A stretch of 64,000 nucleotides of DNA from Synechococcales cyanobacterium VAR_4_metabat_354 (GTDB lineage Bacteria > Cyanobacteriota > Cyanobacteriia > Cyanobacteriales > Chamaesiphonaceae): assembly GCA_031414775.1 (NCBI GenBank), contig JANOQI010000036.1, positions 64,001 through 128,000 of the forward strand, read 5' to 3'. A program made the translations under genes and the position numbers. The notes below the pieces were generated by a model. The model was not told the DNA's origin and did not search any database. It saw only the letters and a program-made list of their open reading frames with translations. Numbering within the stretch: position 1 is the stretch's first letter; each line of letters begins with the position of its first letter. This document shows, piece by piece, positions 30,036 through 44,214 of the stretch.

Positions 30036-30511
30036 TAGCCTTCAGCCTCATTACTGACAAAATCTGCGGTTGCTTCCTTGTTTGCGGACTGCAACGCCGC
30101 CCGTAAGGTATGCCAGCTCAGGTTAGCACACTTAATTCGCACTGGAAACTGCGCCACGCCTTTCAGAACATTCAGCTTGCGCAGGTCATGGGGAAATTCT
30201 ACTTCACCGCGCATCATCCCTTGGAAATTTTTTACCATGCTTAATGCCTCGGCTACAGTTTTGCCGCGCAGTGCTCCGGCCATCAAATCCGCCGAGGAAA
30301 TCGCGATCGCACAACCTTCACCCGTAAATTTGACATCAACAATGTTGTCACCATCCAGTTGCAGCGTCAGTTCGATCATGTCCCCGCAGGAAGGATTATG
30401 ACCTTTTTGATATCGATCGATCGGATTAGTAGTGCCTTTGTGCTTAGGCTTTTTATAATGCTCCAGAATTACTTGCTGGTAAAGATCGCGGACGTTACCT
30501 AGATTAGTCAT
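30035..30511 (-). CDS. sufU: SUF-system NifU/SufU-type Fe-S scaffold protein
   Basis: DLYQQVILEH, HNPSCGD, GCAIAISSA, RIKCANLSW; ATG 30511 preferred. Confidence 0.88.
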   Translation of the reverse strand: MTNLGNVRDLYQQVILEHYKKPKHKGTTNPIDRYQKGHNPSCGDMIELTLQLDGDNIVDVKFTGEGCAIAISSADLMAGALRGKTVAEALSMVKNFQGMMRGEVEFPHDLRKLNVLKGVAQFPVRIKCANLSWHTLRAALQSANKEATADFVSNEAEG

Positions 30512-30715
30512 GGTGCCAAGGATAGAGCTTTGCTTTAATTTAGCATTGATGGGGAAAGGGGGTTTTCCGCACTGGCCGCAAAACTTTAATTCCGTGGATT
30601 TACTGAGTAATAAAGTTGGTGGTTTTGGGAAGATCCGTAGATCAACCCTGTTGCTGCTGGGGCTATTTGGCGAAGATGTAAATGTTCGATAAACATCGCA
30701 TCCGCTTCCCACCCA

Positions 30716-31516
30716 ATGGCCACCCCCAACACTGCTGCTAATCCTTCGGAAAATCGTACTACTGCATCAATGTCTTTGTTGACGGCCTATCACGCCAAAC
30801 CGAGCGTTGCCGTTCGCAACAAATTAGTCTTACTCAATGCTGGTTTGGTGAGACAAGTGGCCCATCGTTTGAGCCGCCAGTGTGTGGAAACTTATCAAGA
30901 TTTAGAACAAATTGGCTATCTTGGTCTAATCCGGGCGATCGAACGCTTCAATCCTTATCAAGGCTGTGCCTTTAGCTCTTTTGCCGTCCCCTACATTCGC
31001 GGCGAAATTCTCCATTTTCTGCGCGATCGAAGCAGTGTGGTGAAGATTCCTCGCCGTTGGCAAGAACTAAAAAGAGAAGGCGAAAAGATGCGGCAGCATC
31101 TCACCTTAATTCTCGATCGGAAGCCCACCGATGCCGAAATTGCGGATGCGCTGCAAATTACCATTCAAGAATGGGGCGAAACCCAATCAGCTGATCACAA
31201 TCGCCAAACTTTAAGCCTTGATGCTACCGTCAGTCACCTAATGGATTGCCCAGTGACTTTAGGTGATAGTCTGCCTGACACCCGTGAACAACAGCGTCAA
31301 TACGTAGACGAGGAGTGTCAGCAGCTAGCAGGTATGATTAATCAATTAGAGATCAAAACGCAACAAGCGATCGAATACGTCTATATCAAGGGAATGCCTC
31401 GCAAAGAAGCTGCTAAAAAGATTGGGGTCAGCCCCATGACAGTGACTCGTCATCTGCAAAGAGGAGTAAAGCAGCTATCTTCAATGATGCATGTAGAAGA
31501 TAGTTTGGCTATGTAG
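30716..31516 (+). CDS. sigF: Group 3 RNA polymerase sigma factor SigF
   Basis: DLEQIGYLGLIRAIERF, FSSFAVPYIRGEILHFLRD, GVSPMTVTR. Confidence 0.9.
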   Translation: MATPNTAANPSENRTTASMSLLTAYHAKPSVAVRNKLVLLNAGLVRQVAHRLSRQCVETYQDLEQIGYLGLIRAIERFNPYQGCAFSSFAVPYIRGEILHFLRDRSSVVKIPRRWQELKREGEKMRQHLTLILDRKPTDAEIADALQITIQEWGETQSADHNRQTLSLDATVSHLMDCPVTLGDSLPDTREQQRQYVDEECQQLAGMINQLEIKTQQAIEYVYIKGMPRKEAAKKIGVSPMTVTRHLQRGVKQLSSMMHVEDSLAM

Positions 31517-32072
31517 TGAATTTGTCGTTACCACTGCCCAATAGTTCGGAGACAAATTGGTGAAAAAGGGGCGTATAAAAATACAAAAAAACAGTAAAAA
31601 CTATTTTTACTTCCAAGCAACATGAGCCGATAAAGCCTCCATCAATACGGTTTTCATAAAAGTGAGACTTCCACAAGAATACAGCTGTACAACCGGCTAA
31701 AATTATAATATTCAACAAGACTACAATAATTCAATTTAGACTAAGTTTCAGCCAATTCACGCATCACGCTATCTGTTAGATAAGAAAAATTGATCGAGTC
31801 CAATATATTCTATAAAAATAATTTTACTCTACGGACTCATTTAGTACACGTTTAAACTCCGATAAATCGGCGATTGCTTGTGAACTTCAGTATTTAAGGA
31901 CACAGAAAATGAAATTCAGATTGTCCATCATTCATACGAATTAAGTAGAGATCTCGATCATCCATGATCTCAAAACTGCATGATTCACTTCAGAAAAAAC
32001 CACAAACTATCATCTAAGCTGGGTTGCATCTAAATGTTAATGTCCACAAGTTCACCAGCAATGTAAAGATGA

Positions 32073-34412
<2,340 letters not shown>

Positions 34413-34632
34413 CGGAGTTGGTTACTTCGACACTACGGCAGCACAGCTAATAAAAAGAGGAAGCCAGGATTGATCGATCAAATCTGGCAACGCTGTGGTG
34501 TAATTGGCTTGGGTATAGTATCGCCTTTACTAACTGAATCCCAATTGGTGCAGCATTAAGACTAATGCTAGGTGTCCCAGCTGGTCATCTATAGAAGAGG
34601 TGAGCACCAACAAAACCAATACTCCCAAATAT

Positions 34633-36549
34633 CTATGGATTTAATTTAGGTGGGGTAAAAGACTCACCAAAGCGCAAAAACACCCCAAACACATTTTCGC
34701 GAGCAGTTTGAGCACCAACGCTATTTTCCACCCGCTTCCAGTCCAGAATTAGACTGGGACTATTAGGGTCAGAACCAACTTTAAATGAAGCATTGGCTCC
34801 ATAAGGAGATCTTGATTGATTATCATTCACAGGAGTGTAGTAGGCCGAGACAGCTAAATTGTTCTGAATACGCCAAGCAAAACTAGTCGAAAGCAGACTC
34901 TGAATCGAGTCTGGAAAACTATTTGGAACATAATAAGTCGTGTTGAACGAAACATCACCTAAATTCAAGGTTCCACCAGTATTGATATAGCTTGCTCCAG
35001 GTTTAAAAACCTGGTTATCAACGATACTACTACCATCGAAAGCATAGTTAGCACCAGCCGACAAGGTGAAATTATAAGCTGGATTACTGTTCATATTAAT
35101 TCTTTGGCTAACATTGGCTGAAGCCCGACTATAGGTATCAGGATCGGAGTTAGTATAGCCAATCAGACTGGCATTATAGCTTAGCCCACTACTGCTAGCA
35201 GTACTAAAGTCGATACCACCATAAGCTTTAGATTGCAGAGCATTGTTCGTACCACCCAGCGGGGTGAGACCGGTATTAAACATCGCGCCAGTATAGTATC
35301 TAAAGATGGAATCTGCTGTAGTGGTATTCCCCGTAAAACTGATATGAGGGTAATAATCAGTTCTCTCCCGTAACCGAAGGACGGACGGATCTGGATCAGT
35401 ACCATTAGTTGCAGTAGCACTCCGTTCAGTCATGGGGGAAAGACCAACCCAGAAAGCATTGTAGTTAGCTGGGGGAGAGATAGATTTGGTATCGCTGGGA
35501 TTGAGAGCATATCCCCAGCCGGCACTATAGGCCGTAAAACTATTCTCTGGCACCCGCAAATTGTTAGCAGCTTGGATTAAATTACCATTGGTAATAAATG
35601 GCTTATCGGGCTTACCAGGACTGAGGGACGGCTCAGCATTGGGCAAAATCTCTGTTAACACCTGAAAACCGCTATTCACCAGCGCATTTCGATCACTGAA
35701 AGCATAACTTAAGCCTCGCACTGTGCGACCAATCCCAGATTGATCAACATTGCTCACTAGAACTTGACGCACACGACCAAGACTGAGAGAAGGAGAAAAT
35801 ACTTGATCTTCACGCACACTCGCTTGGGTCGCACCCAAAGTGTAAGTACTGTTTCGATCTTGACGCACCGTCTTGGCTTGCACATAAGTATTGTTGTACT
35901 CAGTGCGATAGACCCGATCCTTAGAAATACTTTCTTCGATATAAGGAGAAAAAAGCTTGGTGGCATTCAGACCAATCGTAGTATCCCGACTATCCCCAAA
36001 TCTTACGCCGGTAGTTAGATCGTAGTTGAATAAATGGTTGGTGATTATTTCATTAATCGGAATCTGAGTATTGAAAGTGCCAACTTGATTGGGTTGCAGA
36101 GCACGTGGCGCTGTCAAATAGCGAGGATCCGTTGAAACAGTAGGAGCCTGAACGGGGTTGTTCAAGGGTGGAGCAGCAGGAGCAAATTTGGAGTCTTGAT
36201 CTACTGCTGACGGTGGAGGAAGTATAGAAGGCTGAGGCTCAATTGGTTCATTCTGAACCCCTGGTGGAGTGTCAGGAAGAGGGGCAGGCTCAACTTCTTT
36301 ATCACTCTGAGCCAGAGCCGTTTCCCCAGTCAAATCTTTTTGATCTCCTTGGATCAGAGCTTCGTCCAAACTTAATTCTGGAGCAGGTAGCTTGCTAGGC
36401 AAGACACTTACCTGAGTAGAAATTTGAGCTTCTTCGTAATCAATGCTCGTGTTTTGGAAAGATGAGCCATTGAATGCGTCACGCGCTGTGGCACAGCCAG
36501 CAGAAAGAAGAAGACTGCTCGGCACCAGTAGGTAAAAAAAATTCTTCAT
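34633..36549 (-). CDS. Secreted hypothetical protein, Pro-rich linker, probable outer-membrane beta-strand C-domain
   Basis: Signal peptide (LLLSAGC, possible lipobox); amphipathic aromatic-rich strands. Confidence 0.6.
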   Translation of the reverse strand: MKNFFYLLVPSSLLLSAGCATARDAFNGSSFQNTSIDYEEAQISTQVSVLPSKLPAPELSLDEALIQGDQKDLTGETALAQSDKEVEPAPLPDTPPGVQNEPIEPQPSILPPPSAVDQDSKFAPAAPPLNNPVQAPTVSTDPRYLTAPRALQPNQVGTFNTQIPINEIITNHLFNYDLTTGVRFGDSRDTTIGLNATKLFSPYIEESISKDRVYRTEYNNTYVQAKTVRQDRNSTYTLGATQASVREDQVFSPSLSLGRVRQVLVSNVDQSGIGRTVRGLSYAFSDRNALVNSGFQVLTEILPNAEPSLSPGKPDKPFITNGNLIQAANNLRVPENSFTAYSAGWGYALNPSDTKSISPPANYNAFWVGLSPMTERSATATNGTDPDPSVLRLRERTDYYPHISFTGNTTTADSIFRYYTGAMFNTGLTPLGGTNNALQSKAYGGIDFSTASSSGLSYNASLIGYTNSDPDTYSRASANVSQRINMNSNPAYNFTLSAGANYAFDGSSIVDNQVFKPGASYINTGGTLNLGDVSFNTTYYVPNSFPDSIQSLLSTSFAWRIQNNLAVSAYYTPVNDNQSRSPYGANASFKVGSDPNSPSLILDWKRVENSVGAQTARENVFGVFLRFGESFTPPKLNP

Positions 36550-36871
36550 GTGTAAAAAATAATCTTAAATAAAGTTAGATTAATTTATTCTTCGTCAATA
36601 CTACCAGTGTAATTCAAGCGCAGTAGCAGTAAGCAAGTCAAATATCTCTTGCAAAACTTATCCCGAGCAAAAACTATTAGTGAGAGCTGAAAAGAAAGGT
36701 CTAGTATTAATACAATACCGATGGGCAGAATACCGAAACCTTAGTTATATTCACAATTTCCTACATGGTAGTATAAAGTTGTCTCTCCAGCAAAATCATT
36801 GATCACTCTCAAGTATGATGGCTTAGTCATGCTCCCCCAAAAAGCGCAACAGGACAAAAACATGATTGAAA

Positions 36872-37561
36872 CTACCAATCGGCAGCTTCCGTTTGCGTAA
36901 TCTCCGCCCCTAGTTCGTCCCAATTCACAGCAGATTGATCCCAAATTAGTTGACCAGCAGATAGATACAACACCCGACCAGTAAAAATTTCAACTCGTTT
37001 ACTGGTGGTTATCACCGCCAAACCTTGCTCCAGAGCGATCGATCGAACTCGCTCCACCCACATCTCATCCAAATATTTGGTTGGTTCGTCCCACAATAAT
37101 ACTTGCGGCTGAAGGATTAAACTCCGCGCCAAAGACACCAGCTGACACTGATCGATCGATAGCTGCGACTCTCGCCAGGGCAACCAACTCTCCGGAATCT
37201 GGATCTGCTCCAATACTTTCGCAAGTCGTTGTTTCACTTCCGGTGCTGACACATTTTGGAGCTGTAATGGATACAGTAAAGCAGCTTCCACCGTCATCCC
37301 GAACAAATGCGGTACGGCACCCACTAAGGCAACTTGCCGTCGCAGCTGCGGCAGCGGCACCAGCCGATAATCTCGATCTGCCACATAAACATTGCCGCCA
37401 CTGGGTTCAGTCAATCGGTTGAGGAGCCGCAACAACAGCGTCTTCCCAACGCCACTAGCACCTGTCACAATGACCATCTCTCCTGCCGCCACCTCAAAAG
37501 TCAGGGGTTGCAAAATCGACTGGTAAGGCAAGACATAAGATAAATTTTTGACGCGCAGCAA
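36872..37561 (-). CDS. ABC transporter ATP-binding protein
   Basis: GASGVGKT Walker A, LLWDEPT Walker B, degenerate signature; start inferred. Confidence 0.8.
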   Translation of the reverse strand: MLRVKNLSYVLPYQSILQPLTFEVAAGEMVIVTGASGVGKTLLLRLLNRLTEPSGGNVYVADRDYRLVPLPQLRRQVALVGAVPHLFGMTVEAALLYPLQLQNVSAPEVKQRLAKVLEQIQIPESWLPWRESQLSIDQCQLVSLARSLILQPQVLLWDEPTKYLDEMWVERVRSIALEQGLAVITTSKRVEIFTGRVLYLSAGQLIWDQSAVNWDELGAEITQTEAADW

Positions 37562-37562
37562 A

Positions 37563-38411
37563 CTAGCCAATGCTGATTTTACCTTGGAAAACAACTGTCG
37601 CTGGCCCAGTCATGTAAACATGATTATTGGCAGCTGACCATTCAATTTGCAAACAGCCCCCTGGCAGCTCCACCGTACAAACTCGATCATTTTGGCCAGT
37701 CAAAACACCAGCGACCACCGTCGAACAAGCCCCAGTACCACAAGCCAAAGTAATACCAGCACCTCTTTCCCAGACCCGCATCTTCACATAGTCCGAACGC
37801 ACTATCTCGACAAACTCAGTATTGGTGCGCTGGGGAAAAGCGAGATGGTGCTCAAACTGCGGTCCAATGTCAGACAAAGGCACAGCGGCCACATTATCTA
37901 CATAGGTCATGCAGTGAGGATTGCCCATACTCACACAGGTCACTAGATAATCTTGACCAGCCACCGCCAAAGTCTGGTTGACCACCTGTCCGTCTTTCTC
38001 ACCCAAGGTGGTCGGAATTTCCGCCGCCCGCAAACGTGGCTTGCCCATATCCACCCGCACCTGACCATCAGCCAGAACTTCAGGAACAATCACACCCGCT
38101 AAGGTATGAATCTTGTAAGTCACACCCTGATGGTCTTTACCTTCTAGATCAGCAATAAATCTACCCAAGCAGCGAATACCATTGCCGCACATCTCCGGCT
38201 CCGAACCATCAGAATTAAAAATTCGCATGGTGTAATCATTGCCCTCCTGGCCGGGCAAAGTAAAGATCACCCCATCAGCACCAATCCCAAAATGTCGATC
38301 GCACAACTTCACGGCTTGATCAGGAGTCAGGCAAGGGGTGGCCTGATGCCGATTGTCCACTAGAATGAAGTCATTACCCAAACCTTGATACTTGGTAAAT
38401 TCGATCGGCAT
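37563..38411 (-). CDS. dapF: Diaminopimelate epimerase
   Basis: [29 protein letters not shown]. Confidence 0.97.
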   Translation of the reverse strand: MPIEFTKYQGLGNDFILVDNRHQATPCLTPDQAVKLCDRHFGIGADGVIFTLPGQEGNDYTMRIFNSDGSEPEMCGNGIRCLGRFIADLEGKDHQGVTYKIHTLAGVIVPEVLADGQVRVDMGKPRLRAAEIPTTLGEKDGQVVNQTLAVAGQDYLVTCVSMGNPHCMTYVDNVAAVPLSDIGPQFEHHLAFPQRTNTEFVEIVRSDYVKMRVWERGAGITLACGTGACSTVVAGVLTGQNDRVCTVELPGGCLQIEWSAANNHVYMTGPATVVFQGKISIG

Positions 38412-38452
38412 AAGTAATTAATCCGTAATTCAACTCGTTCTAAATTTTAACC

Positions 38453-38662
38453 ATGCCCGAACTCGATATCAACCAACCCAGCACCCGCCAAATCCAGCAA
38501 CTAATTAAAGAAAAATCTAAATTAGAACTAAAGCTAGTAACCGGCGACATCCTCAGTGGAGAACTATTTTGGCAAGATGCCGATTACTTCTGTTTAACGG
38601 ATAACGACAGCAACAAAGTGATCATTAGCAAGCTAGCAGTAGCTTATCTCAAGCCTCTTTAA
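38453..38662 (+). CDS. hfq: Cyanobacterial Hfq-like Sm protein
   Basis: PSTRQIQ..IK, ELKLVTGD..SG.LFWQD, KLAVAYLKP; divergent from dapF. Confidence 0.88.
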   Translation: MPELDINQPSTRQIQQLIKEKSKLELKLVTGDILSGELFWQDADYFCLTDNDSNKVIISKLAVAYLKPL

Positions 38663-38684
38663 AGCTTAAATAAGCTTAACAAAG

Positions 38685-39416
38685 TCAAGCTTTGACGTAA
38701 TTAACAATTCGCGCAAACCCAGCAGCATCAAGACTAGCTCCCCCGACTAGCGCACCATCAATCTCTGGCTGCGCCATAATTCCATCAATATTATCCGGCT
38801 TCACGGATCCCCCATACTGAATGGTGACATTAGGATTGCTGAGTTGAGAACGAATCACACCAATCACCCGATTGGCTTCGATCGCCGCACAGGTATCACC
38901 AGTACCAATCGCCCAAATTGGCTCGTAGGCAATTACCAAATTTTGCTGATCTACACCGACCAAACCAGCTCTAAGCTGCTGACTAATCACTTGCTCAGTG
39001 GTACCAGCATCACGCTGTTCCTTGGTTTCACCTACACACAAGATGGGAATCAAGCCACTTTCTTGAGATTTTTTTAGACGCTTATTAACAGTTTCATCAG
39101 TTTCACCAAAATACTGTCGTCGCTCACTGTGACCAACCACCACGTAGCGCACACCAATCTCCATGAGCATGGCTGCCGAAATTTCACCGGTATAAGCACC
39201 ATTATCTTCCCAATGAACATTTTGGGCACCTAAGCGCACCAAGTTACCATGGAGAGTCTTGCTAACAACAGTCAAGTCAGTAAAAGGTACACACAGCACG
39301 ACCTCCCGTTCAGTAGGAGTTTCTTCAGTCAGTGGCAAAAATTTCATCAAGAACTCAGTGGCCTCAGCCTGAGTCTTAAACATTTTCCAGTTGCCAGCAA
39401 TGATAACTTTACGCAC
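38685..39416 (-). CDS. tpiA: Triosephosphate isomerase
   Basis: [31 protein letters not shown]. Confidence 0.98.
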   Translation of the reverse strand: MRKVIIAGNWKMFKTQAEATEFLMKFLPLTEETPTEREVVLCVPFTDLTVVSKTLHGNLVRLGAQNVHWEDNGAYTGEISAAMLMEIGVRYVVVGHSERRQYFGETDETVNKRLKKSQESGLIPILCVGETKEQRDAGTTEQVISQQLRAGLVGVDQQNLVIAYEPIWAIGTGDTCAAIEANRVIGVIRSQLSNPNVTIQYGGSVKPDNIDGIMAQPEIDGALVGGASLDAAGFARIVNYVKA

Positions 39417-39462
39417 GTTCAATCCCTATAGGTTCGCACTACATTTTACTGCGAATGCGTCC

Positions 39463-40557
39463 TTATACCTTAGGTTGATTGGCAACGGTTTCCACATCGG
39501 TAACCTGCATGATGGTCTCCACCACCCAGCGCGGACATCCCCGATTAGTTGTAATAGTTTTCTCACTAATTCTATTGCCACCATCGTCATTGATAATTTC
39601 TGTTTTAGTGATCGTCTCGCCGTGCTCTAGATAATTTTCGAGGATGCCCATCACCGAAACTTGCAGATCCAAAATTTGCTGATGCAGCTCTTCAGAAAGC
39701 TGAGGAACAAACTGCCCACTAAACACTTGCTCAAATAGAGCCAGTGCTTCAACATCCATCTTCAGGTCGCCAACCATCCCTGATTTCTTGTTGCCATCTG
39801 GCTCTACACCAAGTTTAGAAATCAACTTATCAATCAAATCATTTTCACCGAATTTAGCAACTGGCGGCTGAGTATTAGAATCATGGCGATCTCTATCTCT
39901 AGTCCCATCCTCGGTAGGTTCTATCAACCGATAAATCCAAGCTACTTGCAAGCCAATCGGCAATTTCACTGTTCCCGCTACTGCTCGAAAAGAAACGTAT
40001 TCGTTCTGAGTAGTAATTTCTTGTACCCGATACCACTTAGATTTATGGAGAAATAATAAATCCAACTTTAGATCTTGTTCATAGTGGATAAAATTATCTT
40101 GCCAAAAGGAATGTATTTCTTGACTGTCCGTATACCTTAGCTGGTAACCAGAGGGGATTTGATATTTTTGGTAGCGGAAGAAACCACGATGACTAGGATT
40201 ATTATCGATCGGAACAAAGTTATAGGGAAGAACAATATTGTGAATAAAGTCCCAATAAGCAGAATCTTGCTTAATCAAGATATAGTGCAGCTTATCGGAA
40301 ATTTTATTAATGGCAACCAGCTCACCTTCTGGAGTAGAAAGTTGCAAAGAGTTATGAGCATAAGTAATGATCAAATTATGGTTACGGATTTGGCGTTTTT
40401 TGCCCCGAGCAAATCGGCTAACCATAGTGGCATCATCAACAGTCGAAAAAAGGCTCTCCGCATAGTTGGGAGGACTATCAGAATTATTAATATTTCCCAG
40501 ACCCAATTCATCAATTGTGTCCAAACTGTAATCCGGTTGGTAATTAGATTCAGTCAT
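39463..40557 (-). CDS. Hypothetical protein (paralog of 43211-44092)
   Basis: 364-aa ORF sharing Y..Y..P.GY...YT and KWY.VQ.I. Confidence 0.75.
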   Translation of the reverse strand: MTESNYQPDYSLDTIDELGLGNINNSDSPPNYAESLFSTVDDATMVSRFARGKKRQIRNHNLIITYAHNSLQLSTPEGELVAINKISDKLHYILIKQDSAYWDFIHNIVLPYNFVPIDNNPSHRGFFRYQKYQIPSGYQLRYTDSQEIHSFWQDNFIHYEQDLKLDLLFLHKSKWYRVQEITTQNEYVSFRAVAGTVKLPIGLQVAWIYRLIEPTEDGTRDRDRHDSNTQPPVAKFGENDLIDKLISKLGVEPDGNKKSGMVGDLKMDVEALALFEQVFSGQFVPQLSEELHQQILDLQVSVMGILENYLEHGETITKTEIINDDGGNRISEKTITTNRGCPRWVVETIMQVTDVETVANQPKV

Positions 40558-40892
40558 TATGAATAAAACTAGCTATATCTTAAAGGACCAATATATAAAA
40601 CAGTAGAAACCAACTAGATGTTTTAATCAACTAGTTTTTTGTAAATCTTCCAGAAGAAGTTGCACCATTTATTATGACATATCTGCTCAAGTATCATCTT
40701 GAGCGATCTCTTTTAGAGAATGTCTGACAAATGTGACTAACTACTGGTGAACAAGGATTTCAGAGCTTATCTTGCGAAAGAAGAACGAGCCTTTCAGCCG
40801 TTTGGCTTGAGTTTTTGGACATTCTCATCAAGGAATGCTCTCCACCTAAATAAAGATTACCCAACATAATTGGAAGAATTGCTAGTTGTAAT

Positions 40893-40921
40893 AAAAAAGG
40901 TGTATGTGAAGACATACACCT
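40893..40921 (-). terminator. pnp terminator
   Basis: AGGTGTATGT/ACATACACCT stem with A6 (T tract on minus). Confidence 0.8.
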
Positions 40922-40948
40922 ACTATTTTTTATCAGTGCAGCTACGGT

Positions 40949-43099
40949 CTAATCATTACGACCTTCACGGGCAGCAGCGGCTTCATCAGGATGAATTCCC
41001 AAACGAGTTAAATTTACCCGGCCTTTATTGTCTAATTCTCGAATTTTGACAACGACTTCATCGCCAACGCCCACTTCATCCTCGACTTTGCCGACGCGAT
41101 AGTCAGCCAATTGCGAAATATGGATCATGCCTTCTTTACCAGGCAGAATCTCGACGAAGGCTCCGATCGGAATAATCCGAGTGACCCGACCCACATAAAC
41201 ATCACCCTCATGCAGACGGCGAGTGAGAGCTTTCACCATGAGGATTGCCCGTTTCGCTTTTTCTTGATCGATCGCCGAGACGGTTACAGTGCCATCATCT
41301 TCAATATCAACTTTAGCACCGGTTTCCTCGGTAATGCCTTTGATCGTTTTACCACCAGGTCCAATCACCAAGCCAATAAATTCTGGCTCGATTTTGATCG
41401 TGAGCAGACGCGGCGCATAGGGAGACATCTCCGTGCGCGGCTCAGCAATAGCCTCCATCATTTTTTCAAGGATGTGCAATCTAGCGGGTCTGGCTTGTTG
41501 AATGGCATCAGCAATGGTCTCTAAAGGTAAACCAGTGATTTTCATGTCCATTTGCAGAGCAGTAATACCAGCATCAGTACCAGCTACTTTAAAGTCCATG
41601 TCACCCAAGAAATCTTCAATTCCCTGAATATCAGTCAGAATACGGACTTGATCACCTTCTTTAATTAGTCCCATCGCCGCTCCACTGACCGGTTTCTTGA
41701 TAGGTACACCCGCATCCATTAGCGACAAAGTGGAACCACAAACCGAACCCATCGAAGTGGAGCCATTGGAAGACAATACTTCAGAGACAATCCGCAAAAC
41801 GTAGGGAAATTCTTCTTTAGAAGGCAGCACTGGTAACAAAGAACGCTCAGCCAAGGCGCCATGTCCAATCTCCCGCCGTCCGGGCGATCTCATTGGCTTA
41901 GTTTCACCAACTGAGTAAGGAGGCATGTTGTAATGATGGATATAGCGCTTGCTACCTTCGGGATGCAGATCATCCGCTAAGTCTTGAGCATCACCGGGTG
42001 TACCCAGGGTACAAATCGACAACACCTGAGTCAAACCGCGATTGAATAAACCACAACCATGCACCCGCCGAGGTAATAGTCCTACTTGGCAAGATATTGG
42101 TCGAATTTGATCGAGCTTTCGACCATCAACCCGCAAACCTTGCTCGATGATTTGCTGACGCATCAGCTTTTTAGTTACAGACTTGAAAAGGCTATCGACG
42201 ACGCGGCTATTAGCGGCGGCGGCCAAGACAACCTGGTCGTTTTCTGGCAAAGCGGCAATCGAACTAACCAATTCAGCTTTCACTTCATCTAAAGCTTTAT
42301 CCCGTAATTTTTTGTCGGGTTCGCATTTAGCCAAGATTAGTTGGACAGGCTGAGTCGCTTGCTTGGCAATAAAGTTCTCTAAAGTAGAATCGACAACTGG
42401 TTGTTCCGCAGTCACAATCTCAATACCCAGTTCAGCAATCAACTCGCGTTGCGCTTGAATCAAATCCCGGACGGCTTCATAACCGAAGTCGATCGCTTCA
42501 ATGATGTCTTGTTCTGGCAGTTGATTAGCTCCAGCTTCCACCATGATCACCCCGTCCGGTGAGCCAGCTACAACCAAGTCCAAATCACCTACTTCGACTT
42601 CACGATAGGTAGGATTAATAATAAAGTCGTCGCCCACCAAACCAACTCGCACGGCAGCCATCGGACCCATGAAAGGAATTTGGGCGATCAAAGTTGCGAT
42701 CGAAGCCCCAGTCACTGCCAACACATCGGGAGGCACCAACTCATCCAAAGACAACGTAGTGGCCACAATTTGGATATCATCACGCAACCAATGAGGGAAA
42801 AGTGGTCGCATTGGTCTGTCGATCAGCCGACAAGTGAGCGTCACTTTTTCGGGGGGTTTACCTTCCCGCCGCCAGAAACCACCAGGAATGCGTCCAGCCG
42901 CATAAAGTCTTTCTTCGTAGTCCACCAACAAAGGGAGAAAGTCAATCCCATCTCGGCCTTTAGAACGGGTAGCGGTTACTAGTACACTAGTCTCGCCAGA
43001 TTCAATTAGTACACTGCCGCCAGCCTGAGGAGCCAATAAGCCGACCTTAAGTCTGATATCCCGACCATCAAAGGATATTGACTTATTAATTTCTGCCAT
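40949..43099 (-). CDS. pnp: Polyribonucleotide nucleotidyltransferase
   Basis: [26 protein letters not shown] and S1 domains. Confidence 0.98.
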   Translation of the reverse strand: MAEINKSISFDGRDIRLKVGLLAPQAGGSVLIESGETSVLVTATRSKGRDGIDFLPLLVDYEERLYAAGRIPGGFWRREGKPPEKVTLTCRLIDRPMRPLFPHWLRDDIQIVATTLSLDELVPPDVLAVTGASIATLIAQIPFMGPMAAVRVGLVGDDFIINPTYREVEVGDLDLVVAGSPDGVIMVEAGANQLPEQDIIEAIDFGYEAVRDLIQAQRELIAELGIEIVTAEQPVVDSTLENFIAKQATQPVQLILAKCEPDKKLRDKALDEVKAELVSSIAALPENDQVVLAAAANSRVVDSLFKSVTKKLMRQQIIEQGLRVDGRKLDQIRPISCQVGLLPRRVHGCGLFNRGLTQVLSICTLGTPGDAQDLADDLHPEGSKRYIHHYNMPPYSVGETKPMRSPGRREIGHGALAERSLLPVLPSKEEFPYVLRIVSEVLSSNGSTSMGSVCGSTLSLMDAGVPIKKPVSGAAMGLIKEGDQVRILTDIQGIEDFLGDMDFKVAGTDAGITALQMDMKITGLPLETIADAIQQARPARLHILEKMMEAIAEPRTEMSPYAPRLLTIKIEPEFIGLVIGPGGKTIKGITEETGAKVDIEDDGTVTVSAIDQEKAKRAILMVKALTRRLHEGDVYVGRVTRIIPIGAFVEILPGKEGMIHISQLADYRVGKVEDEVGVGDEVVVKIRELDNKGRVNLTRLGIHPDEAAAAREGRND

Positions 43100-43210
43100 T
43101 TATATTTATTTCCTTCGCACTTTTCTCTTTATTCTCAAGTCATCCTAGCACTTATAGAGAAAAGTTTCCGCAGCGGCTCACAGCCGAGGTTTTACCCTGA
43201 TCTCTAGTAT

Positions 43211-44092
43211 CTAATGTTGTGGCCAATTGACTTCCAATTCCTTTTTGCGTAGCTGCTTTTGGAGAATTGCCAGCTGTTGTTCAGCATTCACCGCTCTTTG
43301 CTCAGCAAGAATAGTAGCTTTTTGTTGTTTGTAAAGTTTTCGCTCTAGTTCTTTTAATTGAGCATGAGCAGCTGGCGGTGCGGGGACGGTGATAGAATTG
43401 CCAGCAGTTGGCATGACTGGCATTTTCGGCAGCTCTTGTTTGCTCAATTCTTTCTGAACTTCGGGTGATTGACTCCAAGCATCATTATCGGCAACAACTA
43501 CCACAGCATCTTCCACCGGAATCTGAGAGAGCCACAATAATTGCTCGTTGCTGTTAATCCGAATCTGACCCACGAGGGTTTTGATCACAAAAGTACCAGC
43601 ATCAACCACAATATTTTGAACTGGGTACCATTTATCTTTGATCTGCACCAACATATTCATATTGAAACGTCGTTTGCTGTGAAATCTTTCGGTTGGCCAC
43701 CATTTTTTCCATAACGAAGCAGGCTCTGTATACCAAGCTTTATATCCTTCTGGAGTAGCATATTGATGATATTCGACGTAGCCATCTCTTTTAGATTTCC
43801 CCATCAACACAAAGTTGAGCGCAGTTAAATGGTTTTCTAGTTGTTTAGTATAAATAGAACCAGCTCTGACCACAGCAGTGCGCGGCTTGCCTTGCAGATA
43901 CATAATGGCCGCAACCTCACCAGATTTGGTGATAATTTGCGAAATAATGCCAGTAGTTTCCATCCGTGCTCGATCGCTCGTCAAAAGTTGATTACTACCT
44001 TGCACAAATTCGGCAATTAGCTTGATATCATCACAGTCGAAGGTACTAGACATCATATGTGTTAGGGAAAGAAAACAACTTGCCTCAAACAT
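43211..44092 (-). CDS. Hypothetical protein with C-terminal coiled coil (paralog of 39463-40557)
   Basis: 293-aa ORF; shared N-terminal domain. Confidence 0.75.
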   Translation of the reverse strand: MFEASCFLSLTHMMSSTFDCDDIKLIAEFVQGSNQLLTSDRARMETTGIISQIITKSGEVAAIMYLQGKPRTAVVRAGSIYTKQLENHLTALNFVLMGKSKRDGYVEYHQYATPEGYKAWYTEPASLWKKWWPTERFHSKRRFNMNMLVQIKDKWYPVQNIVVDAGTFVIKTLVGQIRINSNEQLLWLSQIPVEDAVVVVADNDAWSQSPEVQKELSKQELPKMPVMPTAGNSITVPAPPAAHAQLKELERKLYKQQKATILAEQRAVNAEQQLAILQKQLRKKELEVNWPQH

Positions 44093-44214
44093 AATCGGAG
44101 CCAGTCCAATTCCCCATTAGACAAATGTCTCAATCATGATCGAAAGATTTATAATCTAATATTCCCTTCTTCATCGCCCAGATTCTTACAGATTATTTAT
44201 TCTGGCCAAAATCA

